From Candidatus Hydrogenedentota bacterium (GTDB lineage: Bacteria; Hydrogenedentota; Hydrogenedentia; Hydrogenedentales; CAITNO01): DNA of 64,000 nt. Below, piece after piece: positions 19,221-27,524 of the stretch. A model generated the notes under the pieces. The model had not been told where the DNA came from. It did not search any database and worked only from the letters and a program-made list of their open reading frames with translations. The stretch lies in the NCBI GenBank assembly GCA_019455225.1, contig JACFMU010000003.1, positions 1,697-65,696 on the forward strand, given 5' to 3'. Position 1 is the first letter of the stretch. The number at the start of each line of letters is the position of its first letter. A program made the position numbers and the translations under genes.

Positions 19221-19260
19221 GGACCCCGGCGGCGGCCACGCCCCGGGGTCCGACTGCTTT
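19221..19260 (+). terminator. Rho-independent terminator after the second hsp20
   Basis: ggaccccgg-cggcggccacgc-ccggggtcc is followed by gactgcttt. Confidence 0.5.
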
Positions 19261-19438
19261 CGCGCGGAGGTGATTTTGGCGGGAAATATATTGTATAATG
19301 TCTAACGTTCATCCCCCGGACGGCAGCCGCAACGGCGCCCCATGGTGAGGATGGACTGGAACGGACCCCATGAACCGGGTGAAGGCCCCATGGACGGAAC
19401 ACGCCGCCGCCCCCCGGAAAACCCATTGAGGCATCAAA

Positions 19439-20041
19439 ATGCAGCGCACCATATTTGACACGCCGTTTGTCACCATCCTCGGCCGCATTTGGGCGCGCCT
19501 GTTCCTGGGCGCCATCGGCTGGAAGAAGGAGGGGGACCTGCCGGACCTGCCGAAGTTTGTGATGATTGCCGCGCCGCACACCACCAACTGGGACCTCCCC
19601 ATCATGCTGGCGCTGGGCTTTCTGATGCGCGCGAAACTCTTCTGGATGACGAAAGACTCCGTGTTCCGCGGGCCTTTTGGCGTCTTTCTGCGCTGGCTCG
19701 GGGGGATTCCGATTGACCGGAGCAGGGCCAACGGCGTGGTCGGCCAGTGCATTGAGACCTTCGCCAACCATGACCAACTGATTTTGGCCGTGCCTCCCGA
19801 GGGCACGCGGAAGAAGGTGCGCGCCTGGAAGACGGGCTTCTACCACATCGCCGTGGGCGCGGGCGTGCCCATCGCCCTGGGCTATCTGGACTACAAACGC
19901 CGCCGGGGCGGCGTGGGCGGGGTCTACTACCCCACGGGCGACTACGAGAAGGACATCGTGGAAATCCAGGCCTTCTACGCGAATGTCACCCCGAAATACC
20001 CCGACCTCACCGCACTGGCCGAGCCTGCGGAAAAGGGGTGA
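19439..20041 (+). CDS. Lysophospholipid (1-acyl-sn-glycerol-3-phosphate) acyltransferase family protein
   Basis: AAPHTTNWDLP is the H-x4-D motif. PEGTRKKV is the acceptor-binding motif. Confidence 0.7.
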   Translation: MQRTIFDTPFVTILGRIWARLFLGAIGWKKEGDLPDLPKFVMIAAPHTTNWDLPIMLALGFLMRAKLFWMTKDSVFRGPFGVFLRWLGGIPIDRSRANGVVGQCIETFANHDQLILAVPPEGTRKKVRAWKTGFYHIAVGAGVPIALGYLDYKRRRGGVGGVYYPTGDYEKDIVEIQAFYANVTPKYPDLTALAEPAEKG

Positions 20042-20044
20042 GGT

Positions 20045-21340
20045 CTACGCGTCCGGGTCGCCCAGCGTGAGGCCGTGCTCCAGCATCGGGTCGCCCCGCC
20101 GCCCGTTCCGGGCGAGTTCCCCGGCAAGCCATGCCTCGAGCCGCGCCTCCATTGCGGCGGCCTCCTCCGGCCGCTCCGCCGCAAGGTTCCGCAATTCGTC
20201 CGGGTCGTTGACCAGGTCGTAGAGTTCCCGTGACGGGGTGCCGTAGGCGTCCTCCCGGCGCGCCAAAATGAACTTGCGCTCCGGGGTGCGCAGGGCCCAC
20301 TTCATCTGCCAGGTGCATTCGCCGCAGACCAGGAATTCCCGGGCCGCGTCCGTCCGCTCCCCGCGCATCCACGGCGCGAGCGGCACGCCGTCCATCCCCT
20401 CCGGCGCGGGCAGTCCGGCCAGTTCCAGCAGGGTGGGTGCCACATCCATGTGGCAGGTCATCACGGGCACCCTGCGCGGGGAGAGTTCCGGATGGCGGAC
20501 GATGAGCGGCACATGCAGGTTGCCGTCGTAGAGTCCGTGGTGATCGAAGAAGATGCCGTGCCGGAACATCATCTCGCCGTGGTCGCCGAGGAGCACGATG
20601 ATGGTGTCGTCCCGGCGGCCCAGACGGTCCACGGTCTTCAGCAGCGCGCCGATGCCCTCGTCGCAGTAGCGGATTTCGGCGTCATACAGTGCCTCGATGT
20701 AGCGCGCGTCGGTGATTTCCCCCTGCGCCAGCCGGTTGAACCACGTTTCGCGCCAGGTCTTTCCGAGCGGGTGCCGCTCCAGCCCCTGCAGGGTGGTGTG
20801 CGCCGGGTCGCAGGGGTCGCCGTCATAAAAGAGGCTGCGATAGGCCCTTGGCGGCATGTAGGGCGTGTGCGGGTCCCAGTAATGGATGAACAGGAAAAAC
20901 TGCTCCCGGTGGTGCTGTTCCAGCCAGGGCAGCACCCGCCGGTTGATCTCCCGGTTGTCCGCGTTGATGGAGAGGCTGCGTCGCTGGGTGGGGTCAATGT
21001 AGAACTCGAAGCCCCGGTGGAAGTCCAGGGTCCACTGGCTGAGGTTGTCCACGGCGCAGGTGGTCATGCCCGACTTGCCCAGCAGTTGCGGCAGCCACGG
21101 CGCGTTCCGGGGGATGGGGTTCCGCCCCCCGTGGGCCACGACCCCGTGGGTGACGGCGTGCTGCCCCGTGAACAGGGTGGTAAAGGCCGGGTGCGTGGGG
21201 ATGCACGGCGAAATGTGCCGCTCGAAAAGCACCGACTCCCCCGCGAGGGCGTCCAGGTGGGGCGAGGTGTTCCGGGCATAGCCGTAACAGCCGAGATGGT
21301 CCGCCCGCAGGGTGTCCACGGCGATGAGGATGATGTTCAT
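20045..21340 (-). CDS. Sulfatase-family (alkaline-phosphatase-superfamily) hydrolase with an atypical active-site motif
   Basis: MNIILIAVDTLRADHLGCYGYARNTSPHLDALAGESVLFERHISPCIPTHPAFTTLFTGQH has a sulfatase N-terminus. In place of C-x-P-x-R it has C-I-P-T-H. The start at 21340 is preferred over the track's 21745, whose N-terminal extension is a low-complexity Arg/Cys artefact. Confidence 0.7.
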   Translation of the reverse strand: MNIILIAVDTLRADHLGCYGYARNTSPHLDALAGESVLFERHISPCIPTHPAFTTLFTGQHAVTHGVVAHGGRNPIPRNAPWLPQLLGKSGMTTCAVDNLSQWTLDFHRGFEFYIDPTQRRSLSINADNREINRRVLPWLEQHHREQFFLFIHYWDPHTPYMPPRAYRSLFYDGDPCDPAHTTLQGLERHPLGKTWRETWFNRLAQGEITDARYIEALYDAEIRYCDEGIGALLKTVDRLGRRDDTIIVLLGDHGEMMFRHGIFFDHHGLYDGNLHVPLIVRHPELSPRRVPVMTCHMDVAPTLLELAGLPAPEGMDGVPLAPWMRGERTDAAREFLVCGECTWQMKWALRTPERKFILARREDAYGTPSRELYDLVNDPDELRNLAAERPEEAAAMEARLEAWLAGELARNGRRGDPMLEHGLTLGDPDA

Positions 21341-21350
21341 GCGCGGGCGC

Positions 21351-21448
21351 TTCCTGGGAACGCCAATCTCCTGATTGGCCTGTTGGGGGATGTTCTTGAA
21401 CCAATGATGCCAATCGGGAGATTGGCGTTCCCGGGAAGCGCATCCCCC
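21351..21448. repeat. REP-like long palindromic hairpin element (GGGAACGCCAATCTCC family), copy 1
   Basis: cttcctgggaacgccaatctcctgattggc...gccaatcgggagattggcgttcccgggaagc has roughly 30-bp arms, a 2-mismatch stem and a 29-nt loop. It lies between two co-directional genes. Confidence 0.7.
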
Positions 21449-21476
21449 CCGAAACAGAACTGCATGCCCCGTCTTT

Positions 21477-23327
21477 TCATTGCACCGTCTCCAGCCGGTA
21501 GAGCCGGGTGACCTCGATGCCCGTTCCCGCGAGGCGGGGTGTCTCCACCTGCTCCAGCATCCTGCACAGGGCGGTGTTGCCGGTCCAGGCGCGGAGCATT
21601 TCCCGCACCGCCTCCGGCAGGGGCGAATTGTCGCCGAGGTAGTCGTCGGGCACCACCAGCAGCCCGACCTGGTTCTCCCGCAGCCACTGCACGCGCTCGC
21701 CGCCCGGCAGCGTCGCCGCATGCGCCAGCGCTTCGGGGTTCGCAAGCGGAGGAATGTCGTACAGGGCCGCGCTCCGGTCCAGCACCAGCGCGCGCCGTCC
21801 GGACATTTCCGGCAGCCGCGCGTTCACGGCCTGGACCGCCGCAAAGCGGGGCACGCGCCGTTCCAGCCACGCCTCGCGGGTCATGCGCCCGGCGAGCACG
21901 GGCCAGTGCGGCTGGAAGCGCAGGGCGTGCAGGCCCAGCCCGAAAAGGCAGCCCGCCACCAGCAGGACGGCGAGGGTGCGCCGGAACGCGGGCATGCGGA
22001 CCGGGGCGGCCGCGGCGGCGCCGAGCGCCAGGGCGCACCAGGGCAGCGCGGCCAGGGTCGAGCGGTGGAAGAAGTACAGCGGGAGGCCGCCCAGCAGCGC
22101 CGCAAGCAGGACCAGCCGCGCGCGGTGTCCGCCGAAGAGGAAGGCGGGCACGCCCAGGGCGAAGAGCATGCCCCCGGCGGAGCGCGCCCAGCCGCCAGAG
22201 GCGGCGGGCCGCATGACCAGGTCCCAGGGGAAGCGCGCCAAGGAGACCCAGTGGAAACCGGAGACCGCATAGGCGGGGTCGGGGGCCAGTGACAGGGACG
22301 GCCATGCGCCCCCATGAAACCGTGCCAGTGCCAGCAGGGCGCCGGGGAAGAGGGCGGCGCAGACCAGCAGCAGCAGCGCCCTGCCAAGGCGTTCTGCGGG
22401 ACCGGGGGCGAAGGTGTCCGGGTTTTCGGTGTCGGGCAGATGGAACAGCGCCGCCAGGGCCAGCAAAACCGGCAGGGGGAGGGCGGTCCAGCCCGCGCCG
22501 ACGGCGGCGCCCGACATCAGCCCCGCAAGGGCGAAGTAGCCCGCGCGCGCGCCCGACACGCCCGCCAGCAGCGCGGTCATGGCCGCAAGGGCAAAGGCCG
22601 TCTGCGCGGGGACCAGGGTGAGCGTGGCCGCCTGGCCGAAGAACACCGGCGCGCAGGCAAAAAGGGCCGCCGCGCCCGCTCCAGCCGCCGGACCCGCGAT
22701 TCGGCGGCCCAGCGCCCACGCGGCCAGCACCGCCATCAGGGACATCGTCCACGAAAGCAGCGCGGCCGGGCGCTCGCCGCTGCCCGCCCAGACCAGCCCG
22801 TAGAGGGGGCGCACCAGTCCGGGCAGTTCGGAATGGGCCTGGAGCGGCGTGGGCCGGAGGCTGCCCTGCGCGGCCCAGGCCTTCGCGAGGGCCAGCGGCC
22901 CCGACGTGGCCTCCGGCGCGGACACGGGCGCCCAGGAGGCGAGAAAGGCCAGGGCCAGCGCGAGAAAAGCCAGGGCCAGACAGGTTGTTTCCAGGGGGCC
23001 GCGCCGCCGCGCGGGCGGCGCGCTTTCATCGGGCGTGGTTGACGTGCCGTGCCGGTTCGATTTTTCCAGGCGCGAACGCCGCCGCGCGGGGCGGTCATAC
23101 ACCCGTGCGGCCGCCTCCGCCAGCGCGCCCAGGGCCACCACGATGAAGAGCGCGCCCTGCGCCGCCTGCATGGAATGGGCGCCCGCCGCCAGTACCAGCA
23201 CACCGCATCCCGCCAGCCCCAGAAGCATGCGGAAGTGCCACCCCTCCGCGCCCTGCTCCAGGGGAAGAAGCCTGCCCAGCATCCGGCCCAGGGCCGCCGC
23301 CGCCATGAGAAGCAACAACAACGACAT
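21477..23327 (-). CDS. Polytopic integral membrane protein, possibly a GT39/GT83-like glycosyltransferase
   Basis: It has more than 12 predicted TM helices (MSLLLLLMAAAALG..., LALAFLALALAFLASW...) and a C-terminal soluble domain. The start at 23327 is preferred. The functional call is weak. Confidence 0.45.
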   Translation of the reverse strand: MSLLLLLMAAAALGRMLGRLLPLEQGAEGWHFRMLLGLAGCGVLVLAAGAHSMQAAQGALFIVVALGALAEAAARVYDRPARRRSRLEKSNRHGTSTTPDESAPPARRRGPLETTCLALAFLALALAFLASWAPVSAPEATSGPLALAKAWAAQGSLRPTPLQAHSELPGLVRPLYGLVWAGSGERPAALLSWTMSLMAVLAAWALGRRIAGPAAGAGAAALFACAPVFFGQAATLTLVPAQTAFALAAMTALLAGVSGARAGYFALAGLMSGAAVGAGWTALPLPVLLALAALFHLPDTENPDTFAPGPAERLGRALLLLVCAALFPGALLALARFHGGAWPSLSLAPDPAYAVSGFHWVSLARFPWDLVMRPAASGGWARSAGGMLFALGVPAFLFGGHRARLVLLAALLGGLPLYFFHRSTLAALPWCALALGAAAAAPVRMPAFRRTLAVLLVAGCLFGLGLHALRFQPHWPVLAGRMTREAWLERRVPRFAAVQAVNARLPEMSGRRALVLDRSAALYDIPPLANPEALAHAATLPGGERVQWLRENQVGLLVVPDDYLGDNSPLPEAVREMLRAWTGNTALCRMLEQVETPRLAGTGIEVTRLYRLETVQ

Positions 23328-23536
23328 GAGGTGAATATCCGCCCATCCCCGGAAGCCCACATCCCCCGGCCCTGAAGGGCCACCCCCTTCAAAGGGGGAC
23401 AGGGGCGGATTGAACGGAAAGGGTGTGCCGCACACCCTTGCCCATTGTGTCACCCGAAGATTGGCCGCAAGTTATGAACCCGTTGCCGCAAACTTTACCA
23501 CAGCCCCCCCGCGCCGGGCATCCCGCCCGCACGTAT

Positions 23537-23681
23537 TTCTTGCTCTTGCTCTTTATCCTGCCCTTGCTCCAAGTCCGAAATGCTTTTCCGCTCATACCCT
23601 GCTGAAACAGGATTGGAGCAAGAGCAGGAGCAAGATAAAGAGCAAGAAAAGACCCCCCGCGCCTGCCGGCATGCGTGTCTC
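23537..23681. repeat. MITE-like element copy B (TTGCTC/GAGCAA-armed inverted repeat)
   Basis: The left arm is tcttgctcttgctctttatcctgcccttgctcc, followed by a 44-bp spacer and the right arm ggagcaagagcaggagcaagataaagagcaaga. A tail gcctgccggcatgcgtgtctc follows. It lies between divergent genes. Confidence 0.6.
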
Positions 23682-23800
23682 TTCACCGCAATTAGTGACG
23701 CGCATCCCACCGCCTTGCCCGCCTTGCCCGGAGCCCCAAAACCCGGTAGGATGGTGGGGAGTCCAACGGCGGGGCGCCGAACGTCCCCGGAAAGGTGAAA

Positions 23801-24904
23801 ATGAACAGTGTCGTTGTCTGCGCGGCCGTGGCATGCGCCCTGCTGGGCGCGCCCTCGGGCCGCATTGCCTTTGTGGCGGGCACGGAGCAGGAGGACCAGT
23901 GCGTCGCGGTCCTCGACGCGGCCACGGGGGAAATCACGCGGGTCGGGCCGGGCAGCCGGGACGGCGCCCCCGTGTGGTCGCCGGACGGCCGGTGGCTGGC
24001 GTTTCAGACCAGCGGCCCCGACGGCCTGGCCGTGTGCGTCGTCCGCGCGGACGGTTCGGAGCGCCGCCTGCTCACCCACGCGCGGGGCTGGAACCACGCG
24101 CCGCGCTGGTCGCCGGACGGGAAACGGCTGGCCTATGCGTCGGACGCGGACATGGGCATCCGCCAGCAAATTCTGGTGTACGACCTGGAGCAGAACACCG
24201 AGACGGCCTGGGGCGGCGAGGGCGCCCTGGCCCTGCGGCCCGTGTGGCTGCCGACGACGGACCTGATGCAGGCCCTCGACCCGGAAAGCCAGTCGGACAT
24301 GGCGGCGGAGCTGCTCCCCCTGAAGGAGGAGGCCGAGCGGGAGGGCGCCCTGCTCGCCGTGGGCCTGGCGGGCGGCGAGTCGAAACTGACCTCTGAAATT
24401 GTCCTGATAACGCCGACACGCTGCGTCCCCATGCTGCCCCTGCTGGTGAAGGACAGTTTCCGTTTCGCCGAGTGGTTTGTGGAGCCGGACCGAAAGGGCC
24501 GCCAGATCGCCTACGAGTCCAACGACGGCGGGGACCGGGAGCTCTTCGTCATCGGGCGCAAGGGCATCACCAATGTGAGCAACCACCGCGCGGCGGACTG
24601 GAACCCCGTCTGGTCGGAGGACGGCCAGTGGCTGGCCTTCGAGTCCTTCCGCGGCGGGCGGCGCGGCGTCCACCGCGTGCTGGTGGGCACGGCCAACGTC
24701 ACCCCCGTGGCGGTCCGGCCCAACGCGGACTGCTGGGCGCCTTCCTGGTCGCCAGACGGCGAGTGGATCGCCCATGTCTCCGATGAGACGGGCGCGCCCC
24801 AGCTTTTCGCCACGCCGCCGCAGGGCGGCGACTCCGTCCAGTTGACCCGCGGGCCGGGCTTCGCCCTGGCACCGGCCTGGCAGCCCAAGGTTAAGAAGGA
24901 CTGA
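23801..24904 (+). CDS. TolB-like WD40 (PD40) beta-propeller periplasmic protein
   Basis: A signal peptide is followed by repeated 'W.PDG..LAF/AY.S...G' blades (PVWSPDGRWLAFQT, PRWSPDGKRLAYAS, PVWSEDGQWLAFES, PSWSPDGEWIAHVS). Confidence 0.75.
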   Translation: MNSVVVCAAVACALLGAPSGRIAFVAGTEQEDQCVAVLDAATGEITRVGPGSRDGAPVWSPDGRWLAFQTSGPDGLAVCVVRADGSERRLLTHARGWNHAPRWSPDGKRLAYASDADMGIRQQILVYDLEQNTETAWGGEGALALRPVWLPTTDLMQALDPESQSDMAAELLPLKEEAEREGALLAVGLAGGESKLTSEIVLITPTRCVPMLPLLVKDSFRFAEWFVEPDRKGRQIAYESNDGGDRELFVIGRKGITNVSNHRAADWNPVWSEDGQWLAFESFRGGRRGVHRVLVGTANVTPVAVRPNADCWAPSWSPDGEWIAHVSDETGAPQLFATPPQGGDSVQLTRGPGFALAPAWQPKVKKD

Positions 24905-24912
24905 ACGCCATC

Positions 24913-25959
24913 ATGAGCAAAAGACACGCCCCCATCCTCCTTGCCCTGGCGCTTCTGGCCGCCGCGCCCCTCATGGCCCGCGAGCCGGACGGCACCCTGG
25001 GCCTCATCCGGACCCCCAACAACGGCATCCCCGCGCTGGTCGTTCCTGGCGGCGCCTTTGAGGCCGTGCTTGCGGCAAAAGCCGAGCTTTTCCTGGCCCG
25101 TGACGGTCAGGAATGGCCCCTGGCGGCGGAGTGGTCGGAACTGCCGGGCGGCGCAATGGGCGCGCGCTGCGCCGTGCCCGCCGGGCTGGCCCCCGGATCC
25201 CATGCGCTCCGCGCGAAAACGGACGGCAAGGCGGACGAGAACCTCCGGTCCGTATGGGTCTTCGACGCCTTCCCGGAGGAATACTATGTCGTGGCCCATG
25301 TCAGCGACACGCACATCGGCAAGGAGCGCTACGAGCGGCCCTCGGACGACATCATCCGCGACGTGATCGCGGCGGTGAACGAAAGCGAGGCCGCCCTGCT
25401 GTTCATCACCGGCGACCTCACCGAAGGCGGCGACCCCGAGCAGTTCCGGCGTTTTCTTGCATTGCTGGACACCAGCACCCTGCCCTCCTTCGTCTGCCCA
25501 GGCAACCATGATCGGCAGGCGCTGCACTACGAGCAGTTTTTCGGCCCCATGGCCTACCGCTTCACTTTTGGCCGCGACGGTTATCTCTCCTTCGACACCA
25601 AGGACTTCATGGTGGCCGATGAACTGGGGCCGCAGGACGGCCTGCTCCACCTGTACCGGCGGGAGATCGGGCCGTCGCGGTGGAGCGTCGGGCTCACCCA
25701 CCGCTACGAGGCCATGATGGGCATGCGCGCGCAATTGACCCTCTTCGTGGACGACCCCCTCGACTTCATCCTCCAGGGGCACACCCACCAGGAAAACGAG
25801 CCCGGCGAGGCCGTGCCCTGGGGCACCACCCCGCTGTACATCGTCCCCGCCGCCATAGATGGGCGCATGCGCCTCCTCGATGTCACCGAGCAGGGGGTCA
25901 TTCCCCGGCCCGTGCAGAAGGTCGCCGAAACCGGACCCAGGCGCGCCGGCGCGCGGTAG
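24913..25959 (+). CDS. Calcineurin-like metallophosphoesterase
   Basis: A signal peptide is present. HVSDTHIG, ITGDLTEGG, CPGNHD and LQGHTHQ are the canonical MPE motifs. Confidence 0.8.
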   Translation: MSKRHAPILLALALLAAAPLMAREPDGTLGLIRTPNNGIPALVVPGGAFEAVLAAKAELFLARDGQEWPLAAEWSELPGGAMGARCAVPAGLAPGSHALRAKTDGKADENLRSVWVFDAFPEEYYVVAHVSDTHIGKERYERPSDDIIRDVIAAVNESEAALLFITGDLTEGGDPEQFRRFLALLDTSTLPSFVCPGNHDRQALHYEQFFGPMAYRFTFGRDGYLSFDTKDFMVADELGPQDGLLHLYRREIGPSRWSVGLTHRYEAMMGMRAQLTLFVDDPLDFILQGHTHQENEPGEAVPWGTTPLYIVPAAIDGRMRLLDVTEQGVIPRPVQKVAETGPRRAGAR

Positions 25960-25980
25960 GGGGCTGTTCCTGACGACTAG

Positions 25981-26110
25981 TGGACGGGGTGGACAGAGTG
26001 GACGGAAGGGACGCAGGGGACTGAGGGGACGGAAGAGACGGAGGAGCGCCGGCTGCCATTTTTTGGCTGCCAAGCAGGCCCACCGCGTCCACGCTGTCCA
26101 CTCCGTCCAC
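25981..26110 (+). terminator. Giant imperfect hairpin built from 9-bp periodic repeats, a putative terminator or REP-like element
   Basis: The left half is seven 9-mers (gtggacggg gtggacaga gtggacgga agggacgca ggggactga ggggacgga agagacgga). The loop gccggctgccattttttggctgcc contains a T-run. Inverted 9-mers follow (cgcgtccac gctgtccac tccgtccac). Confidence 0.45.
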
Positions 26111-26144
26111 CACCTGAATTCTCCCGATACTTCCCTCCACCCCC

Positions 26145-26182
26145 TTGACAGCGCGCCAAAAGTGTGTTAGTATGTTAACACA
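26145..26182 (+). promoter_or_regulatory. Sigma70-type promoter (TTGACA-N17-TAGTAT) with an overlapping palindromic operator TGTGTTA-N6-TAACACA
   Basis: ccccTTGACAgcgcgccaaaagtgtgtTAGTATgttaacaca shows the promoter. The palindrome at 26163..26182 overlaps the -10. This is typical autoregulation for GntR/YtrA. Confidence 0.6.
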
Positions 26183-26205
26183 ATCAAGCAATGGAGGCGC
26201 CGGGA

Positions 26206-26625
26206 ATGCTCTTCGCCATCAACCCCAGTGACGGCACGCCGCTGTACTTCCAGGTGGTCCGCCACGTCAAGCATCTCATCGCCACGGGCCGCCTCGGGCC
26301 GGGGGACGAACTCCCCACGGTGCGGGCCCTGGCCCAGCAACTGGTCATCAACCCGAACACGGTGGTTCGCGCCTACAGGGAACTGGAGGCGGCGGGCCTC
26401 ATTTACACACGCCGGGGTTCGGGCACCTATGTGGCGGAAAAGCCCGTGCCCTATTCCGATGACGAGCGGCGGCGCATCCTGGCGGAGCGGCTGGACGGCG
26501 CACTGGTGGAGTCGCGCAATCTGGGTTTCGGCCTCGATGAGGTTGTGGCCCTTCTTCGTGAGCGGGACCGCGCCCTGCGGATTCAGGGCAAGAAACAGGG
26601 AGAGGACCCCCATGACGGAGCATGA
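26206..26625 (+). CDS. GntR-family (YtrA-subfamily) transcriptional regulator
   Basis: LYFQVVRHVKHLIATGRLGPGDELPTVRALAQQLVINPNTVVRAYRELEAAGLIYTRRGSGTYV is a GntR HTH, followed by a short C-terminal helix domain (YtrA type). GGAGG lies 7 nt before the ATG at 26206. Confidence 0.8.
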   Translation: MLFAINPSDGTPLYFQVVRHVKHLIATGRLGPGDELPTVRALAQQLVINPNTVVRAYRELEAAGLIYTRRGSGTYVAEKPVPYSDDERRRILAERLDGALVESRNLGFGLDEVVALLRERDRALRIQGKKQGEDPHDGA

Positions 26626-27508
26626 CAGTCGGGAGTTTGTGGTAGAGGTGTCGGGGCTGTCGCGGCGTTTCGGCCGCAAGGACGCGCTGAAGGAGGTCTC
26701 CCTGCGGGTGGCGCGGGGGCAGGTCTTCGGGCTGGTGGGGGAGAACGGCGCGGGCAAGACCACGCTCATCCAGCACCTGCTGGGGGCGTACCGCCCGAAG
26801 GCGGGCATGGTCCGGGTCTTCGGCCTGGACCCCTCCACGCACCCCACCGCCGTGCTGGCGCGGATCGGCTACCTGTCGGAGGACCGCGATCTGCCCCGGT
26901 GGATGCGCGTGGGCGAGCTGATGCGCTACACCCGGTCCTTCTACCCGAAATGGGACGCGGCCTTCGCCGAGCAGCTCCGGGAGGAGTTCGGCCTCTCCGC
27001 CGCCAGCCGCATCCGCAGCCTGTCGCGGGGGGAGCTGGCCCGCGCGGGGCTGCTGGTGGCGCTGGCGCACCGCCCGGAACTGCTCCTGCTGGACGAGCCG
27101 TCGTCCGGGCTGGACGCGGTGGCGCGCCAGCACATTCTTGCGGCGGTGGTGCGGACCGTGGCGGAGGAGGGTCGCACGGTGATTTTCTCGTCGCACCTGC
27201 TGGAGGAGGTGGAGCGGGTGGCGGACCATGTGGCGATGATCCACCACGGGCGGGTGGCGCTGGACGCGCCGATGGACGAGGTGAAGGCGCGGCACCACGC
27301 CCATGTGCTGCGGTGGGCGGAGCCGCGCGCGGACACGCCGGAACTGCCCGGGCTGCTCCACGCCGTGCGGGACGGCGGCGAGTGGCGCGTGCTGTGCGAC
27401 GGGGACGCGGCGGCGTTCAGGACGGCGGCGGCGGCGCTGGGCGCCGAGGTGGTCGAGTCGTCCACGCCCACGCTGGAGGAGATATTTGTGGCGCGGGTCG
27501 GCAAGTGA
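26612..27508 (+). CDS. ABC transporter ATP-binding protein
   Basis: Walker A is GENGAGKTT. The signature is LSRGELARAGL. Walker B is LLLLDEPSSGLD. The H-loop is SSHLL. It overlaps the GntR stop by 14 nt. Confidence 0.9.
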   Translation: MTEHDSREFVVEVSGLSRRFGRKDALKEVSLRVARGQVFGLVGENGAGKTTLIQHLLGAYRPKAGMVRVFGLDPSTHPTAVLARIGYLSEDRDLPRWMRVGELMRYTRSFYPKWDAAFAEQLREEFGLSAASRIRSLSRGELARAGLLVALAHRPELLLLDEPSSGLDAVARQHILAAVVRTVAEEGRTVIFSSHLLEEVERVADHVAMIHHGRVALDAPMDEVKARHHAHVLRWAEPRADTPELPGLLHAVRDGGEWRVLCDGDAAAFRTAAAALGAEVVESSTPTLEEIFVARVGK

Positions 27509-27524
27509 CGCGGAGGGAAGAACC

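Noticed and set aside
21337-23453. N-terminal extensions of the track ORFs 20045..21745 and 21477..23453, and a 471-aa ORF at 21337..22752
   Set aside because: The extensions are Arg/Cys/Pro low-complexity sequence and read through the REP hairpin ('PIRRLAFPGSARA'). Downstream ATGs that have RBSs and signal-peptide or TM starts were chosen instead.
24511-26073. 520-aa minus-strand ORF opposite the TolB-like and phosphoesterase genes
   Set aside because: It is antisense to two motif-supported genes. It crosses the 8-bp intergenic gap and the hairpin array. It is an artefact.
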